This document shows positions 42,980-52,872 of a stretch of 64,000 bases of DNA, one piece after another. Under the pieces are notes generated by a model that ran no database searches, was not told the DNA's origin, and saw only the letters and a program-made list of their open reading frames with translations. The DNA lies in the NCBI GenBank assembly GCA_036489235.1, contig DASXGC010000031.1, positions 13 to 64,012 of the forward strand, read 5' to 3'. Origin of the DNA: Vicinamibacterales bacterium (lineage in GTDB: Bacteria; Acidobacteriota; Vicinamibacteria; Vicinamibacterales; CAVVIG01). The position numbers were made by a program, and so were the translations under genes. How positions within the stretch are numbered: the stretch's first letter is position 1; each line of letters begins with the position of its first letter.

Positions 42980-43282
42980 GTGACGATCAAGATTACGCCA
43001 AACGACAAGGGAAACCCGCCGGGCAAACTCGCCGACGCCGAGCTGCACTTCAGCGAGGGCCCGCTCGAAGGGCTGAAGCTGATTGGCTTTTCCATCTGGG
43101 AGCGCCGCGGCGGCAACGGCCGGAACGTGACCTTTCCCGCGCGCCAGTACGCCGTCAACGGCGAGCGACGGAGTTTCGCGCTGCTGCGACCGGTGGTCGA
43201 TACGACGGCGCAGAGCAAACTGCGGGAGCTGATTCTCGAGGCATTTCAGGAATACGAAGAGCGGGCCGCGATCGCGTCTTAG
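42980..43282 (+). CDS. Small conserved-looking protein, distant SpoVG-like pattern (tentative)
   Basis: GTG 42980 follows 'gaggag'. 'KLADAELHF...LIGFSIWE...GRNVTFPARQY...GERRSFALLRP...KLRELILEAFQEY' parallels the SpoVG layout (A-I-S-I-T / IRVI-G / GLFVAMPSRR / G-FRDI-HP / KI-D-V---Y). Similarity is weak and judged from memory. Confidence 0.45.
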   Translation: MTIKITPNDKGNPPGKLADAELHFSEGPLEGLKLIGFSIWERRGGNGRNVTFPARQYAVNGERRSFALLRPVVDTTAQSKLRELILEAFQEYEERAAIAS

Positions 43283-43321
43283 TGCATCGCCGTGTCGGCG
43301 TAGTGTCCGGCTTTAGCCGGA

Positions 43322-45067
43322 CTACTGGATCACCGGCAGGAGCTTGACGTTTTCCTGAGCACGTTTGGGCGGCAAGGTCCATTCTTCCTTGAGTCCTTTC
43401 GCGAACTCCGACTCGAAGAACGGACGCTTCATGCCGCCGTCGATGATGTCCCAGGGCAGCGCCGCGTCGCGGCTGCGGTCGCGGAAGATGTAGAAGTCAC
43501 CGTCGATGCCGGCTTCGGCCACTGCGGCACGCCAGTTCTGGCCATTTCGTTCGGCCGCCACAATCGCCGGCGCAACGCGACGGTCGCCAAGCGACAGCAG
43601 CGCCTGGAAATAGGAATGACGCTCAGACTTGATGTTGAAAAACACGTTGTCGATGTCCGCGGTCAGGGAGCGCAACCGCTTGATCTTGCGATCGATCATG
43701 GCCGGGTCTTCCATGGGCAGCCACTGATAAGCGGTGCCGGGCTTCGGAATCAGCGGGTTCACACTGCCGATGATCCGGCCGACCTGACCGCGTCCGCGCG
43801 CGTACTTCATCATGCGCTCCCGGATCTGAAGGGTGAGGTCCCGAATCGCGACCAGATCCTCGTCGGTTTCCGTAGGAAGGGCGATCATGTAATACAGCTT
43901 CAGGTTTTCGATGCCGCTCGCGAAAATCAGATCCGCCCGATCGAGAATCTCGTCGTTGGTGACCGTCTTGTTGATCACCCGGCGCAGGCGGTCGGACCCG
44001 GTTTCCGGCGCGATCGTGATCGTGCGTTCGCCGCTGGCGTGCAGCACGCGGACGATCGACTCAGTCAGATCGTCGAGGCGAAGCGAGGCCGGACTGATGC
44101 CGTAGCCCATCTCGAGCAGCCTTGCCAGAATCCGCTCGATATCGGGGTGGTCGCACAGCGCGATCGACACCAGCCCGATCCGGTTCGAGTGGACGCGCGC
44201 GGCTTCGGCGAGCTCGAGGATCCGTTCGGTTGGAAACGAGCGCACCGGCAGGTAGTTGTAGCCGGCCCAGCAGAAGCGGCACAGGTTCGCGCACCCGCGA
44301 ACGACCTCGACCAGGAATCGCGATCCGAATTCGGTGTCCGGGGTGAAAATGCCGGTCGCCGGCGGATCGACAGCCTCGGTCGTCCGCAGCGCCGCCTTCC
44401 GCACCGGTACCGGCGCATCCACGCCGGGCCGCACGGACCACCCGGTCATGGTGCCGTCCGCTGCGTATTCCGGTTCGTACAGCGACGGCACGTAGAAGCC
44501 GCGCTCGACCGACAGCAGCCGTAACAGATCGGCGCGATCGGTCGCAGCGGAGAAAGCGCGACTCAGGCCGGGAACCAGCGCCTCGCCTTCGCCCGCGGCG
44601 ATCACGTCCGCGAAGGGCGCCAGCGGCTCGGGATTCACGAAGGTGACGGCGCCGCCAACAATCACGAGCGGATGGCGCAAGCTGCGTTCCGCCGCATAAC
44701 TCGGCAGGCCGGCGAGCCGCAGGAGCGTCAGGACGTTCACGTAGTCCCACTCGAACGAGACCGAGAACGCGATGATGTCAAAGTCGGAGACGGGGGTCTG
44801 CGACTCGAGGGTCAGCAGCGGAGCGCGGCTCGCCGACAACGCTGCCAGTTCCTGCTTCGGCGGCAGAAAGAATCGCTCGCAGACAATGTCGTCTTCGGCG
44901 TTGAAGAGTTTGTAGATGGTCTGGAAGCCGAGGTTCGACATCCCGACCCAGTAGGTGTTGGGAAAGGCCAGCGCAATGCGCAGGCGACCGCCGTGCGGCT
45001 TCCGGGTGTAACCGACTTCCTTCGAAAGGGTCTCGCGTGCGCGCTCGCTCTGTTCCCAGGATTTCAT
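43322..45067 (-). CDS. B12-binding-domain radical SAM protein of the uncharacterised TIGR03960-like family
   Basis: The N-terminus 'IALAFPNTYWVGMSNLGFQTIY' and radical-SAM cluster 'RGCANLCRFCWAGYNY' match. 581 aa. Confidence 0.85.
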   Translation of the reverse strand: MKSWEQSERARETLSKEVGYTRKPHGGRLRIALAFPNTYWVGMSNLGFQTIYKLFNAEDDIVCERFFLPPKQELAALSASRAPLLTLESQTPVSDFDIIAFSVSFEWDYVNVLTLLRLAGLPSYAAERSLRHPLVIVGGAVTFVNPEPLAPFADVIAAGEGEALVPGLSRAFSAATDRADLLRLLSVERGFYVPSLYEPEYAADGTMTGWSVRPGVDAPVPVRKAALRTTEAVDPPATGIFTPDTEFGSRFLVEVVRGCANLCRFCWAGYNYLPVRSFPTERILELAEAARVHSNRIGLVSIALCDHPDIERILARLLEMGYGISPASLRLDDLTESIVRVLHASGERTITIAPETGSDRLRRVINKTVTNDEILDRADLIFASGIENLKLYYMIALPTETDEDLVAIRDLTLQIRERMMKYARGRGQVGRIIGSVNPLIPKPGTAYQWLPMEDPAMIDRKIKRLRSLTADIDNVFFNIKSERHSYFQALLSLGDRRVAPAIVAAERNGQNWRAAVAEAGIDGDFYIFRDRSRDAALPWDIIDGGMKRPFFESEFAKGLKEEWTLPPKRAQENVKLLPVIQ

Positions 45068-45184
45068 GCGATAGTGCTGACGAACCGGCCGCCCCCGAGC
45101 GGGCTGATGTGATCCGGGCCCTGACGCTCAGACGCCGGCGCTCCCAGGTGCCGTGGATCTATCTACTCTACCATCGGGAACACC

Positions 45185-45230
45185 GGCCAGGGTCCGATTA
45201 GGCCGTCTCCTGGCGGAAACGGCCCTGGCC
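45185..45230 (-). terminator. Compound GC-rich hairpin immediately after the ftsZ stop (terminator-like, no U-tract)
   Basis: The outer stem pairs GGCCAGGG with CCCTGGCC (8 bp). The inner stem pairs GGCCGT with ACGGCC. It begins 2 nt after the ftsZ stop. The lack of a T-run makes intrinsic termination uncertain. Confidence 0.35.
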
Positions 45231-45232
45231 GC

Positions 45233-46651
45233 TCACATCTCCTGCCGGCGCAGGAACGCAGGCACATCGAAGTTCGAACCCTCGTCGAAGTCCGGCTCCA
45301 GCTCGAGCTTGCGCATCTCGTCGAGACCCATCGACGGTTCAGCCTGCGTCATCGCGCCGCCGGCGGAAGCGAGCGTCGATCCGGCGGCGCTGGTCGCGGC
45401 GGGCGACGCGGGCGGTGTCGCGTAACCTGTCGTGCCGGCAGTCGGAGCTGCGGCCCCGCCGGAGCCGATTGCAGACATCGGTAGATCCAGTAGTGGCCGC
45501 CGGGCGATGGACAGACGCGGCGACGCCGCGATCGCTGCCGCCGCCGCTTCGGCGACACTGTCGGCTCGGATGCGGGTGTGCTCGGCGTAGAGCGACATGT
45601 CGACGGGAGTGTGCGCACCGGTGGTGGACGCCGGCCGCACCGCGACCGCCGGTCCGAAGCCGGTCGCGATCACGGTGATCTTGACCTTGCCCTTCAAGGA
45701 TGGATCGACGACCGCGCCGAAGATGATGTTGGCGTCCTCGTCGGCGGCCTCCTGCACGATCGAGGACGCTTCGCTGACTTCGACCAGCGACAGGTCGGGA
45801 CCGCCGGTGACGTTGATGATCACTCCGCGCGCGCCATTGACCGACGCGCCCTCGAGCAACGGACTCGAAATCGCGCGGCGGGCGGCCTCGATGGCGCGGT
45901 CCGGCCCTTCGGCGACACCGGTGCCCATCATCGCCAGGCCCATTCCCGACATGATGGTCTTGACGTCGGCGAAGTCGAGGTTGATCAACCCCGGAACCAG
46001 AATCAGATCCGAGATTCCCTGGATCGCCTGCCGCAGCACATCATCCGCCGTGGCGAACGCCTCGGTCATCGGCGTCGTTCGATCGATGATCGTCAACAGC
46101 CGCTCGTTGGGGATGGTGATGATCGTGTCGACGCAGTCGCGCAGCGCTTCGAGGCCGCGCTCGGCTTGAATGAGCCGTTTCTTGCCCTCGAACTTGAACG
46201 GCTTGGTGACGACCGCCACCGTCAGCGCGCCAAGTTCGCTGGCCAGGCTGGCAATCACCGGCGCGGCTCCGGTACCGGTGCCGCCACCGAGACCGGTGGT
46301 GACGAAGATCATGTCGGCGCCGTCGAGGGCCTGGATGATTTTCTCGGTATCCTCGAGCGCGGCGTGCCGGCCGACGTTGGGGTCGGCACCGGCGCCGAGC
46401 CCTTTGGTCAGCTTGCTGCCGATCTGAATCTTGATCGGCGCGGCGTTTGCGGCCAGCGCCTGGCGATCGGTGTTGGCCACCATGAACTCGACGCCGTCGA
46501 GTCCGACGCGGACCATGCGATTCACGGCGTTGCTACCGCCGCCGCCCACGCCAATCACCTTGATGCGCGCGCCGGCGCTCCCTTCTTCCTCGAGCTGCAG
46601 CCTCAGGCGTGTGACGTCGGCCATCAGATCGGCATCCTTGTAATCATCCAT
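45233..46651 (-). CDS. ftsZ: Cell division GTPase FtsZ
   Basis: '[13 protein letters not shown]', '[15 protein letters not shown]', a long Ala/Pro-rich C-terminal linker, and the conserved tail 'DVPAFLRRQ'. Confidence 0.97.
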   Translation of the reverse strand: MDDYKDADLMADVTRLRLQLEEEGSAGARIKVIGVGGGGSNAVNRMVRVGLDGVEFMVANTDRQALAANAAPIKIQIGSKLTKGLGAGADPNVGRHAALEDTEKIIQALDGADMIFVTTGLGGGTGTGAAPVIASLASELGALTVAVVTKPFKFEGKKRLIQAERGLEALRDCVDTIITIPNERLLTIIDRTTPMTEAFATADDVLRQAIQGISDLILVPGLINLDFADVKTIMSGMGLAMMGTGVAEGPDRAIEAARRAISSPLLEGASVNGARGVIINVTGGPDLSLVEVSEASSIVQEAADEDANIIFGAVVDPSLKGKVKITVIATGFGPAVAVRPASTTGAHTPVDMSLYAEHTRIRADSVAEAAAAAIAASPRLSIARRPLLDLPMSAIGSGGAAAPTAGTTGYATPPASPAATSAAGSTLASAGGAMTQAEPSMGLDEMRKLELEPDFDEGSNFDVPAFLRRQEM

Positions 46652-46683
46652 TCGTCGCTCCTGTCGAACGGGCCCTGGCCCGT

Positions 46684-47919
46684 CTAGAAAAACTCTCTGA
46701 ACAACCCCCGCAGCCGTCCGGCCACCCGCACGAACGCTCCCGCGCCGGCCGGCACACGGGATTCACCTAAAAAATTGCGATACCCATAGAGCACCAGACC
46801 GACGCCGGTAGCGAAGGTCGGGCTGTTGACGTGATCGGCAAGACCGCCGACCCCGGCGGGACAGCCGCGCCGGATTGGCAGGTCGAAGATCTGCTCGGCG
46901 ATCTCGGGCATGCCGTCGAGAATCGCACCGCCGCCGGTCAGTACGATCCCGGAGTTCAGGCTCTTCTCGTACCCGGCACGCCGGATCTCGTCCCACACCA
47001 GATGGAAGATTTCTTCGGCGCGCGGCTGCAGAATCTCGGATAGGATGCGCCGCGCGATCACGCGGGGTTTCCGGCCGCCGACGCTGGCAACCTCCATGGT
47101 TTCGTCCTCGTCAACCATGCTCGACAGCGCGCAGCCGCACTTGCGCTTGATTTTTTCGGCGTCGGGCACCGGCGTGCGCAGGCCCACCGCAATGTCGTTG
47201 GTGAAATGGTCGCCGCCGACGCCGATCACCGCCGTGTGCCACAGGCTGCCGCGCTCGTAAATGGCGATATCGGTGGTCCCGCCGCCGATATCAACCAGCG
47301 CGACCCCGAGTTCCTTCTCGTCCGCGGTCAGCACCGACTCGCTCGCCGCCAGCTGCTCGACGACAGTCTCGGCCACGGTAACGCCGGCGCGGTTGACGCA
47401 GGCGACGATATTCTGGGTCGAGCTCTGACTGCCGGTGACGATGTGGACGTTGACCTCGAGACGGGCGCCGGTCATGCCGACCGGGGCGCCGATGCCGTCC
47501 TGCTCGTCGACGACGAAATCCTGCGGCAGCACGTGGAGGATCTCGCGGCCGGTCGGCAGCGACACCGCCTTGGCGGCGTCGATCGCGCGCCGCACGTCCT
47601 CGCGCGTGATCTCGCGGTTCTTGCCGGCCACCGCGATCACGCCGCGGCTGTTGAAGCCTTTGATGTGGGGACCGGACAGCGCCAGATGGACCGAATCGAT
47701 CTCGACGCCGGCCATCAGCTCGGCTTCTTCGATCGCCTTCTTGATCGAATCGACCGCGGCCTCGAGATTGACCACGACCCCGCGCCTGATGCCGCGCGAC
47801 TCGGCCACGCCGAGGCCGACGATGTCGAGTCCGTCGCCGTCGAGCACCTCGCCGACGACCGCGGTCACCTTCGACGTGCCGACGTCCAGCCCGACCAGAT
47901 ATCGCTCTTTACGTGCCAC
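46684..47919 (-). CDS. ftsA: Cell division protein FtsA
   Basis: Actin-like fold signatures '[10 protein letters not shown]', '[13 protein letters not shown]' and 'GIVLTGGGA'. Confidence 0.95.
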   Translation of the reverse strand: MARKERYLVGLDVGTSKVTAVVGEVLDGDGLDIVGLGVAESRGIRRGVVVNLEAAVDSIKKAIEEAELMAGVEIDSVHLALSGPHIKGFNSRGVIAVAGKNREITREDVRRAIDAAKAVSLPTGREILHVLPQDFVVDEQDGIGAPVGMTGARLEVNVHIVTGSQSSTQNIVACVNRAGVTVAETVVEQLAASESVLTADEKELGVALVDIGGGTTDIAIYERGSLWHTAVIGVGGDHFTNDIAVGLRTPVPDAEKIKRKCGCALSSMVDEDETMEVASVGGRKPRVIARRILSEILQPRAEEIFHLVWDEIRRAGYEKSLNSGIVLTGGGAILDGMPEIAEQIFDLPIRRGCPAGVGGLADHVNSPTFATGVGLVLYGYRNFLGESRVPAGAGAFVRVAGRLRGLFREFF

Positions 47920-47997
47920 TCGAAATCCCCCAAACCGCAGGTGCTGCCACCTGCGCGCTGTTCTTTCCGCCGGCGGACGACCCGCGCGCGCGTCGCA

Positions 47998-48858
47998 TCA
48001 TTGCGGATGGCCCACGCCAGGTTTGCCCCGTCGCGCCTCGGAAGCCGCAACGGGACGGACGTAAATCCGGTCGTCGAATCGCAAGTCCACGTAGTCGATG
48101 TCCGCCATGCGTTCGCGGAGCGCGTCCGCCAGGGTCAGGTACGACTGCAGCCGCGACAGGAACTGGTCGTCCCCGAGCTGAATGCGGGCGCTGTCGCCGG
48201 TCAGAATCACCGACGCGTTGTGCAGGTCGCTGACGTCAATCTGCGACAGGCGCCGCGCCACATCGGGTTTCGCTTTCAGCGCCGCAATCAGGCGGGCCGC
48301 GAGCTCGGCGCGCGATTCGTCAGTCATCAAGCCTGTGTCTGACTGGGTGGCCGAGAGGCCGTCGACGATCGGCAGATCGAGGTCCGCGTACTGCGGCCCG
48401 TATTGGTCGACGATCACGCCGCGTTCGTCCACCAGATACATCTCGCCGTTGATGCGACCAATACAGATCGGGCGGCGTTCGACAATCATCACTTCGATGG
48501 TCGAAGGCAGGGCGCGGCGCAGCGCCGCGTCGCGCACCCACGGCGACGCGAGCAGACGCCGCCGCCACGAGTCGAGGTCGGTCCACATCACGCTCTGACC
48601 GCGAAGGCCGTTCAACACCGCGAGGACTTCGCCTTGCGAGAGCCGGTCGTTGCCACGCACCACGATGCGATCGATCTGCAGCATGTGCGCCGAGGCGGCG
48701 ACGCCCGACAACCGATAGGCGCCGTACGACAACAGCAGCGTGACCACGGCGTACCGCAGCACCGGTCCGACCAACGCGCGCCAGTCGCGCCTGCGGCGCC
48801 CGGGTTTGACGTGAGCACGACGGAATCGGCGATCGGCCGGCGCGGCAATCGCAGTCAC
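47998..48858 (-). CDS. ftsQ: Cell division protein FtsQ (POTRA-containing)
   Basis: Basic N-terminus, a single TM segment, then POTRA-like '[21 protein letters not shown]'. GTG overlaps the murC TGA. Confidence 0.85.
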   Translation of the reverse strand: MTAIAAPADRRFRRAHVKPGRRRRDWRALVGPVLRYAVVTLLLSYGAYRLSGVAASAHMLQIDRIVVRGNDRLSQGEVLAVLNGLRGQSVMWTDLDSWRRRLLASPWVRDAALRRALPSTIEVMIVERRPICIGRINGEMYLVDERGVIVDQYGPQYADLDLPIVDGLSATQSDTGLMTDESRAELAARLIAALKAKPDVARRLSQIDVSDLHNASVILTGDSARIQLGDDQFLSRLQSYLTLADALRERMADIDYVDLRFDDRIYVRPVAASEARRGKPGVGHPQ

Positions 48859-50351
48859 GACGGATCTCCGTTGTCGGCTGCGGACCGGGCTGCGTTGCTC
48901 GAACTGGAGCGCGCGTCGCTGGCCTGGGGCACATGCGCCTGCTGCTCCAGCGCGGCGACGAGACGGTCCGGCACGCCGCCGATCGAGCCGGCACCGAGCG
49001 TGATCACCAGATCGCCGGGGCGCGCGATACGCACCAGCGTCTCGACCACATCGTCTACTCGCGGCACGACGTCGAGCGGAACGGTGATGCTGCGGCGAAC
49101 CGCTGCCGCCAGCGCCTCGAGCGTGACGCCGGGAATGGGATCCTCGCCGGCTGAATAAATGTCGGTAAGCACCACCCGATCGGCGCCCGAGAGTGACGGA
49201 CCGAAGGCGTCCATCAACGCCGCGGTACGGCTGAAACGATGCGGCTGAAATGCGACGATGACCCGGCGGTTGAACGTTCGCGCTGCGGCAAGGACCGCGG
49301 CGACTTCGGTCGGGTGATGTCCATAGTCGTCGACGACCAGAACGCCGTTCGGCTCGCCCCGGACGTCGAAGCGCCTTTCGGCGCCGCGGAAATCGCGCAT
49401 CCCGGCAGCGATTCGATCGAATGAAAGCCCGAGCTCGAGACCGACCGCCACAGCCGCCAGCGCGTTCTGCAGGTTGTGGCGCCCCGGAACGGCGAGCTGG
49501 AGCAGGCCAAGCGTCTCGGTGCCGGCACCCGACGTCTCGGCCGATCCGGCACGCGCTCGAACCCGGCGCTGGACAGTCGCGGTGGCACTGAGCGGCCCGA
49601 GCGAAATGTCAGTCGCCGTGATGTCGGCGTCTGGCGCGTCCAGGCCATACGTGGCGACGCGACGGGTCATCCGCGGCACGACCGCAGCAAGGTTGGCGTC
49701 GTCCAGGCACGCCACCACCGCGCCATAGAACGGCACCTTGTTGGCAAAATCGACGAATGCCTGCTGGAGGTCGTCGAAGCTGCCGTAGTTTTCGAGATGC
49801 TCGTGGTCGATGTTCGTAATCACAGCTATTGTCGGAAACAATTTCAGGAACGAGCGATCGCTCTCGTCCGCTTCCACCACCATCAATTCGCCGGCGCCCA
49901 GCCGAGCGTTGCTGCCGAAGGCGCTCAACCGCCCGCCGATCACCGCCGTCGGATCGAGACCGGCGCGTTCCAGCACCAGCGCGATCATCGAGGTCGTCGT
50001 CGTCTTGCCGTGTGCCCCAGCCACCGCGACGGCGGACTTGAGCCGCATCAGCTCCGCCAGCATCTCCGCTCGCGGAATCACCGGAATCTGGCGCCGGCTC
50101 GCCTCGGTCACTTCCGGATTCGTCGGCCGCACCGCCGACGAGATCACCACCACATCCGCGTCACCGACATTCGCCGCGCCGTGTCCGAGCGCGATCCGAA
50201 TCCCGAGCGTCGCCAGGCGGTCGGTGGTCGTCGAGCGGCGCTCGTCGGATCCGCTGACGACGTAGCCGAGATTGGCAAGCAGTTCGGCGATGCCACTCAT
50301 CCCGATGCCGCCAATTCCGACAAAGTGCACATGCCTGGTCTTGCCCAGCAA
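48855..50351 (-). CDS. murC: UDP-N-acetylmuramate--L-alanine ligase
   Basis: '[17 protein letters not shown]', '[15 protein letters not shown]' and 'DDYGHHPTE' match. There is a ~35-aa Ser/Ala-rich C-terminal extension. Confidence 0.95.
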   Translation of the reverse strand: MLGKTRHVHFVGIGGIGMSGIAELLANLGYVVSGSDERRSTTTDRLATLGIRIALGHGAANVGDADVVVISSAVRPTNPEVTEASRRQIPVIPRAEMLAELMRLKSAVAVAGAHGKTTTTSMIALVLERAGLDPTAVIGGRLSAFGSNARLGAGELMVVEADESDRSFLKLFPTIAVITNIDHEHLENYGSFDDLQQAFVDFANKVPFYGAVVACLDDANLAAVVPRMTRRVATYGLDAPDADITATDISLGPLSATATVQRRVRARAGSAETSGAGTETLGLLQLAVPGRHNLQNALAAVAVGLELGLSFDRIAAGMRDFRGAERRFDVRGEPNGVLVVDDYGHHPTEVAAVLAAARTFNRRVIVAFQPHRFSRTAALMDAFGPSLSGADRVVLTDIYSAGEDPIPGVTLEALAAAVRRSITVPLDVVPRVDDVVETLVRIARPGDLVITLGAGSIGGVPDRLVAALEQQAHVPQASDARSSSSNAARSAADNGDPS

Positions 50352-50366
50352 ATACCGTCTCCCGCC

Positions 50367-51473
50367 CTACTGTTTCGCCGCCAATGCCAGCGCGCGATCG
50401 ACGATCACGCGCGCGGCATCCGGCCTGGCCAACGAGCGCGCCGCCACGCTCATCCGCCGCCGGCGTTCGGGGTCACCAGCGAGCGCCTGTATCCGCGTCG
50501 CCAGCACGCGCCCCGACACGTCTTGTTGCAACAGCAGCTCGCTGGCGCCGGCTGCGGCCAGCGCCTCGGCGTTACGCCGCTGGTGATCGTCGGTCGCGGT
50601 CGGCAGCGGAATCAGAATCGCCGCCTTCCCCGCCGCGGTCACTTCCGCCAGCGTCGTCGCACCCGCGCGACAGACGATCAGGTCGGCGATGCCGAGCTGC
50701 CGGCCCATGTCGTAGAAGAACGGTTCGACATCGGCCTGAAGCCCGGCCTGCCGGTAAGCGGTGCGGACCATTTCCAGGTCTCGTTCCCCCGTCTGGTGGG
50801 CGAGACGAAGAGAGGGACCGCCGGTCGCCAGCTGCGATGCTGCCTCCACCATGGCCAGGTTGATTGCGTGCGCGCCCTGAGAGCCGCCAAAAACTAAGAC
50901 CCGTGTGACGGACGCCTGTTCATCGCGTTCCGACTCCTGATCTGGCCCACCCGCGGCAAAGAATTCCGGGCGAACCGGGTTACCGCTGACGAACGTCTTC
51001 TCCCCGAAAAACGCCTGCGTCGAATCGAACGTCACCGCCGCCGCCTTCACGAACCGCGCGAGCAGCCGGTTGGTCAGCCCCGGCACCGCGTTCTGCTCGA
51101 GCAGCATGGTGGGCACGCCGCGGAGCGCCGCCACCATGACCACCGGCCCCGAGCTGTAGCCGCCGACACCGATTACGAGATCGGGCTGCCGCGCGGAAAC
51201 GATCCTCCAGCCATCGAGCAGGCTGAGCGGGACGAGCGACGCGCCGCCCAGTCGATCGGCCAGCGACTTGCCTTTCACTCCGCGGCTTCGAATCAGATCC
51301 AGCTCGAAGCCTTCGCGCGGCACCACTCTCGACTCGATGCCGTGTGCCGTCCCGGCGAACGTCACCTGTGCATCGGGTCTGCGCATCAACAGTTCGTTCG
51401 CCACCGCGATGCCCGGATACAAATGACCACCGGTGCCGCCGCCGGCGATCACCACTCGGAGGGATGACGTCAT
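50367..51473 (-). CDS. murG: Undecaprenyldiphospho-muramoylpentapeptide beta-N-acetylglucosaminyltransferase
   Basis: 'IAGGGTGGHLYPGIAVA', 'GGSQGA' and 'RAGATTLAEVTAAGKAAILIPLP...DHQRRNA' match. Confidence 0.95.
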   Translation of the reverse strand: MTSSLRVVIAGGGTGGHLYPGIAVANELLMRRPDAQVTFAGTAHGIESRVVPREGFELDLIRSRGVKGKSLADRLGGASLVPLSLLDGWRIVSARQPDLVIGVGGYSSGPVVMVAALRGVPTMLLEQNAVPGLTNRLLARFVKAAAVTFDSTQAFFGEKTFVSGNPVRPEFFAAGGPDQESERDEQASVTRVLVFGGSQGAHAINLAMVEAASQLATGGPSLRLAHQTGERDLEMVRTAYRQAGLQADVEPFFYDMGRQLGIADLIVCRAGATTLAEVTAAGKAAILIPLPTATDDHQRRNAEALAAAGASELLLQQDVSGRVLATRIQALAGDPERRRRMSVAARSLARPDAARVIVDRALALAAKQ

Positions 51474-51476
51474 TCG

Positions 51477-52577
51477 TCATGCCTCGGAGGACACGTGCTG
51501 CGATACGTTCAACAAGATGCCCATGCCGATCAGGTTGATGAGCAATGACGAACCGCCGGCGCTGACAAACGGCAGCGGAATACCTTTGGTCGGCAACAAG
51601 CCGAGCACGACGCTGATATTGATGAACGCCTGCACGGCGACCATCATCGTGAGCCCGAGCGCGAGAAAGGATCCGAACTGGTCGGGAGCGCGCATCGACA
51701 CTCGCAGTCCGCGCCACGTCACCACGCAGAAGCAGGCGAGGACGGCGGTGGCGCCGATCAGGCCCAGTTCCTCTGAAATCACGGAATAGATGAAGTCGGT
51801 GTGGGGCTCGGGCAAGTAGAACAGTTTCTGCACGCCGTTCATGATTCCCTTGCCGGTCACTCCGCCGGTGCCGACCGCGATCAGCGACTGAATGATCTGG
51901 AAGCCGTCGCCGAGCGGATCGTCCCAAGGGTTCAGGAACGCGAGGGTGCGGCGACGTCGGTAAGCCGAGCCCATCACCACTATATAAATCGCGGGGAGGG
52001 CGCACAGGAACGCGCCGATCACGTAGCGATAGCTCAGCCCTGCTGCGAACACCATCACCGCTGCGACCAGCAGGATCGACATCGAGGTTCCAAAGTCGGG
52101 CTCCGGCAAAATCAGCGCGACCAGGCCGAGCACGACGATCGCGATCGGCAGAACCGAGTACGTGACTTCGTCGATGCGGTGCATGCGGCGTTCGAGCAGA
52201 GCGGCGATGAACACGATCGCCACCAGCTTGGCCAGCTCCGACGGTTGCACACCGAGGCTGCCGACACCGAACCAGCGTCTCGCGCCGTTCACGGGTGCAC
52301 GGAAATACACCGCCAGCAGTGCCAGCGTTACCAGGCCCAGCGCGCTCCAGATGAAGGTCGGCTCACGGTAGGTGCGGTAGTCGATCCTCATCACGACCGA
52401 CAGAATCGCCATGCCGAGGACCGACCACATCGCCTGCGTAATCAGGAAACGCGAGCCTCGGCCGTAGCGTTCGAGCGCAATCGGCGCCGACGCGCTGTAG
52501 ACCATGACAATGCTCAGGGCCACCAGGAGGATGGTGGCCAGGAAGAGCACCTTGTCGGATTTCAGTTTTCTCGCCAT
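51477..52577 (-). CDS. ftsW: SEDS-family cell-division protein FtsW
   Basis: 10-TM SEDS pattern: 'QPSELAKL', 'EPDFGT', 'PEPHTDFIYSVISEELG' and 'LPTKGIPLPFVSAGGSS'. Confidence 0.93.
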   Translation of the reverse strand: MARKLKSDKVLFLATILLVALSIVMVYSASAPIALERYGRGSRFLITQAMWSVLGMAILSVVMRIDYRTYREPTFIWSALGLVTLALLAVYFRAPVNGARRWFGVGSLGVQPSELAKLVAIVFIAALLERRMHRIDEVTYSVLPIAIVVLGLVALILPEPDFGTSMSILLVAAVMVFAAGLSYRYVIGAFLCALPAIYIVVMGSAYRRRRTLAFLNPWDDPLGDGFQIIQSLIAVGTGGVTGKGIMNGVQKLFYLPEPHTDFIYSVISEELGLIGATAVLACFCVVTWRGLRVSMRAPDQFGSFLALGLTMMVAVQAFINISVVLGLLPTKGIPLPFVSAGGSSLLINLIGMGILLNVSQHVSSEA

Positions 52578-52644
52578 TTGTTCCGCGCCTAAAGCTCCCG
52601 GTCGTTCGGTCCGAAACTATCCTCGGCTTCGCATTACGATTGCG

Positions 52645-52769
52645 CTGAGCGGTCAACAGTCATCAGTCGGCCTCGGGCCGAGGCACCAACTTCCCAGACC
52701 GGGGCAGCCTGGGTTCCCAGCAGTCAGTCCTCAACCGCGAGAACCGACTGACGACTGTTCACCGCTCAG
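52645..52769. repeat. 125-bp element bounded by 26-nt near-perfect inverted repeats (arms built of CAGTCAN-type 7-nt units)
   Basis: 52645-52670 'ctgagcggtcaacagtcatcagtcgg' versus 52744-52769 'ccgactgacgactgttcaccgctcag' gives 24 of 26 complementary positions (hand-checked). The interior contains GCCTCG/CGAGGC and CCCAG/CTGGG stems and a duplicated TTCCCAG. Confidence 0.75.
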
Positions 52770-52785
52770 TACTAAAAACACCGCC

Positions 52786-52872
52786 ATGGCTGATGGCTAA
52801 GGGCTGATGGCTAATGCCCGATGGTTGAAACCGACCATCGACCATATCCATCAGCCATTAGCCATTAGCCAT
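52786..52872 (-). repeat. Opposed RATGGCT heptamer arrays forming a hairpin that overlaps the murD stop codon
   Basis: 52786-52810 'atggctgatggctaagggctgatgg' pairs with 52848-52872 'ccatcagccattagccattagccat' at 23 of 25 positions. The inner stem pairs CGATGGT with ACCATCG. murD's last codons ...M-A-N-G-TAA (52858-52872) lie in the array. Confidence 0.85.

Noticed and set aside
43288-43322. Hairpins (CGCCG-TGT-CGGCG; GTCCGGC-TTTA-GCCGGAC) between the convergent SpoVG-like and radical SAM genes as a bidirectional terminator
   Set aside because: The stems are short and lack flanking T/A runs on either strand. Plausible but unsupported without transcript data.
45068-45184. Cobalamin riboswitch upstream of the B12-domain radical SAM gene
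   Set aside because: I could not find a B12 box (GCCACTG-like) or the conserved GGTGC...GGGAA core in the mRNA-sense sequence. A covariance-model search would be needed to be sure.
47936-47955. Perfect 8-bp hairpin CGCAGGTG-CTGC-CACCTGCG between ftsQ and ftsA
   Set aside because: It is real in sequence, but it is a short isolated stem in a 78-nt spacer with no U-tract and no repeat-family affiliation. It is probably an ordinary mRNA structural element.
52363-52800. ORFs 52504..52800 (+) and 52363..52656 (-) in the murD-ftsW spacer
   Set aside because: They have no coding character or RBS, and they are made largely of the inverted-repeat and heptamer sequence. They are treated as non-coding repeat DNA.
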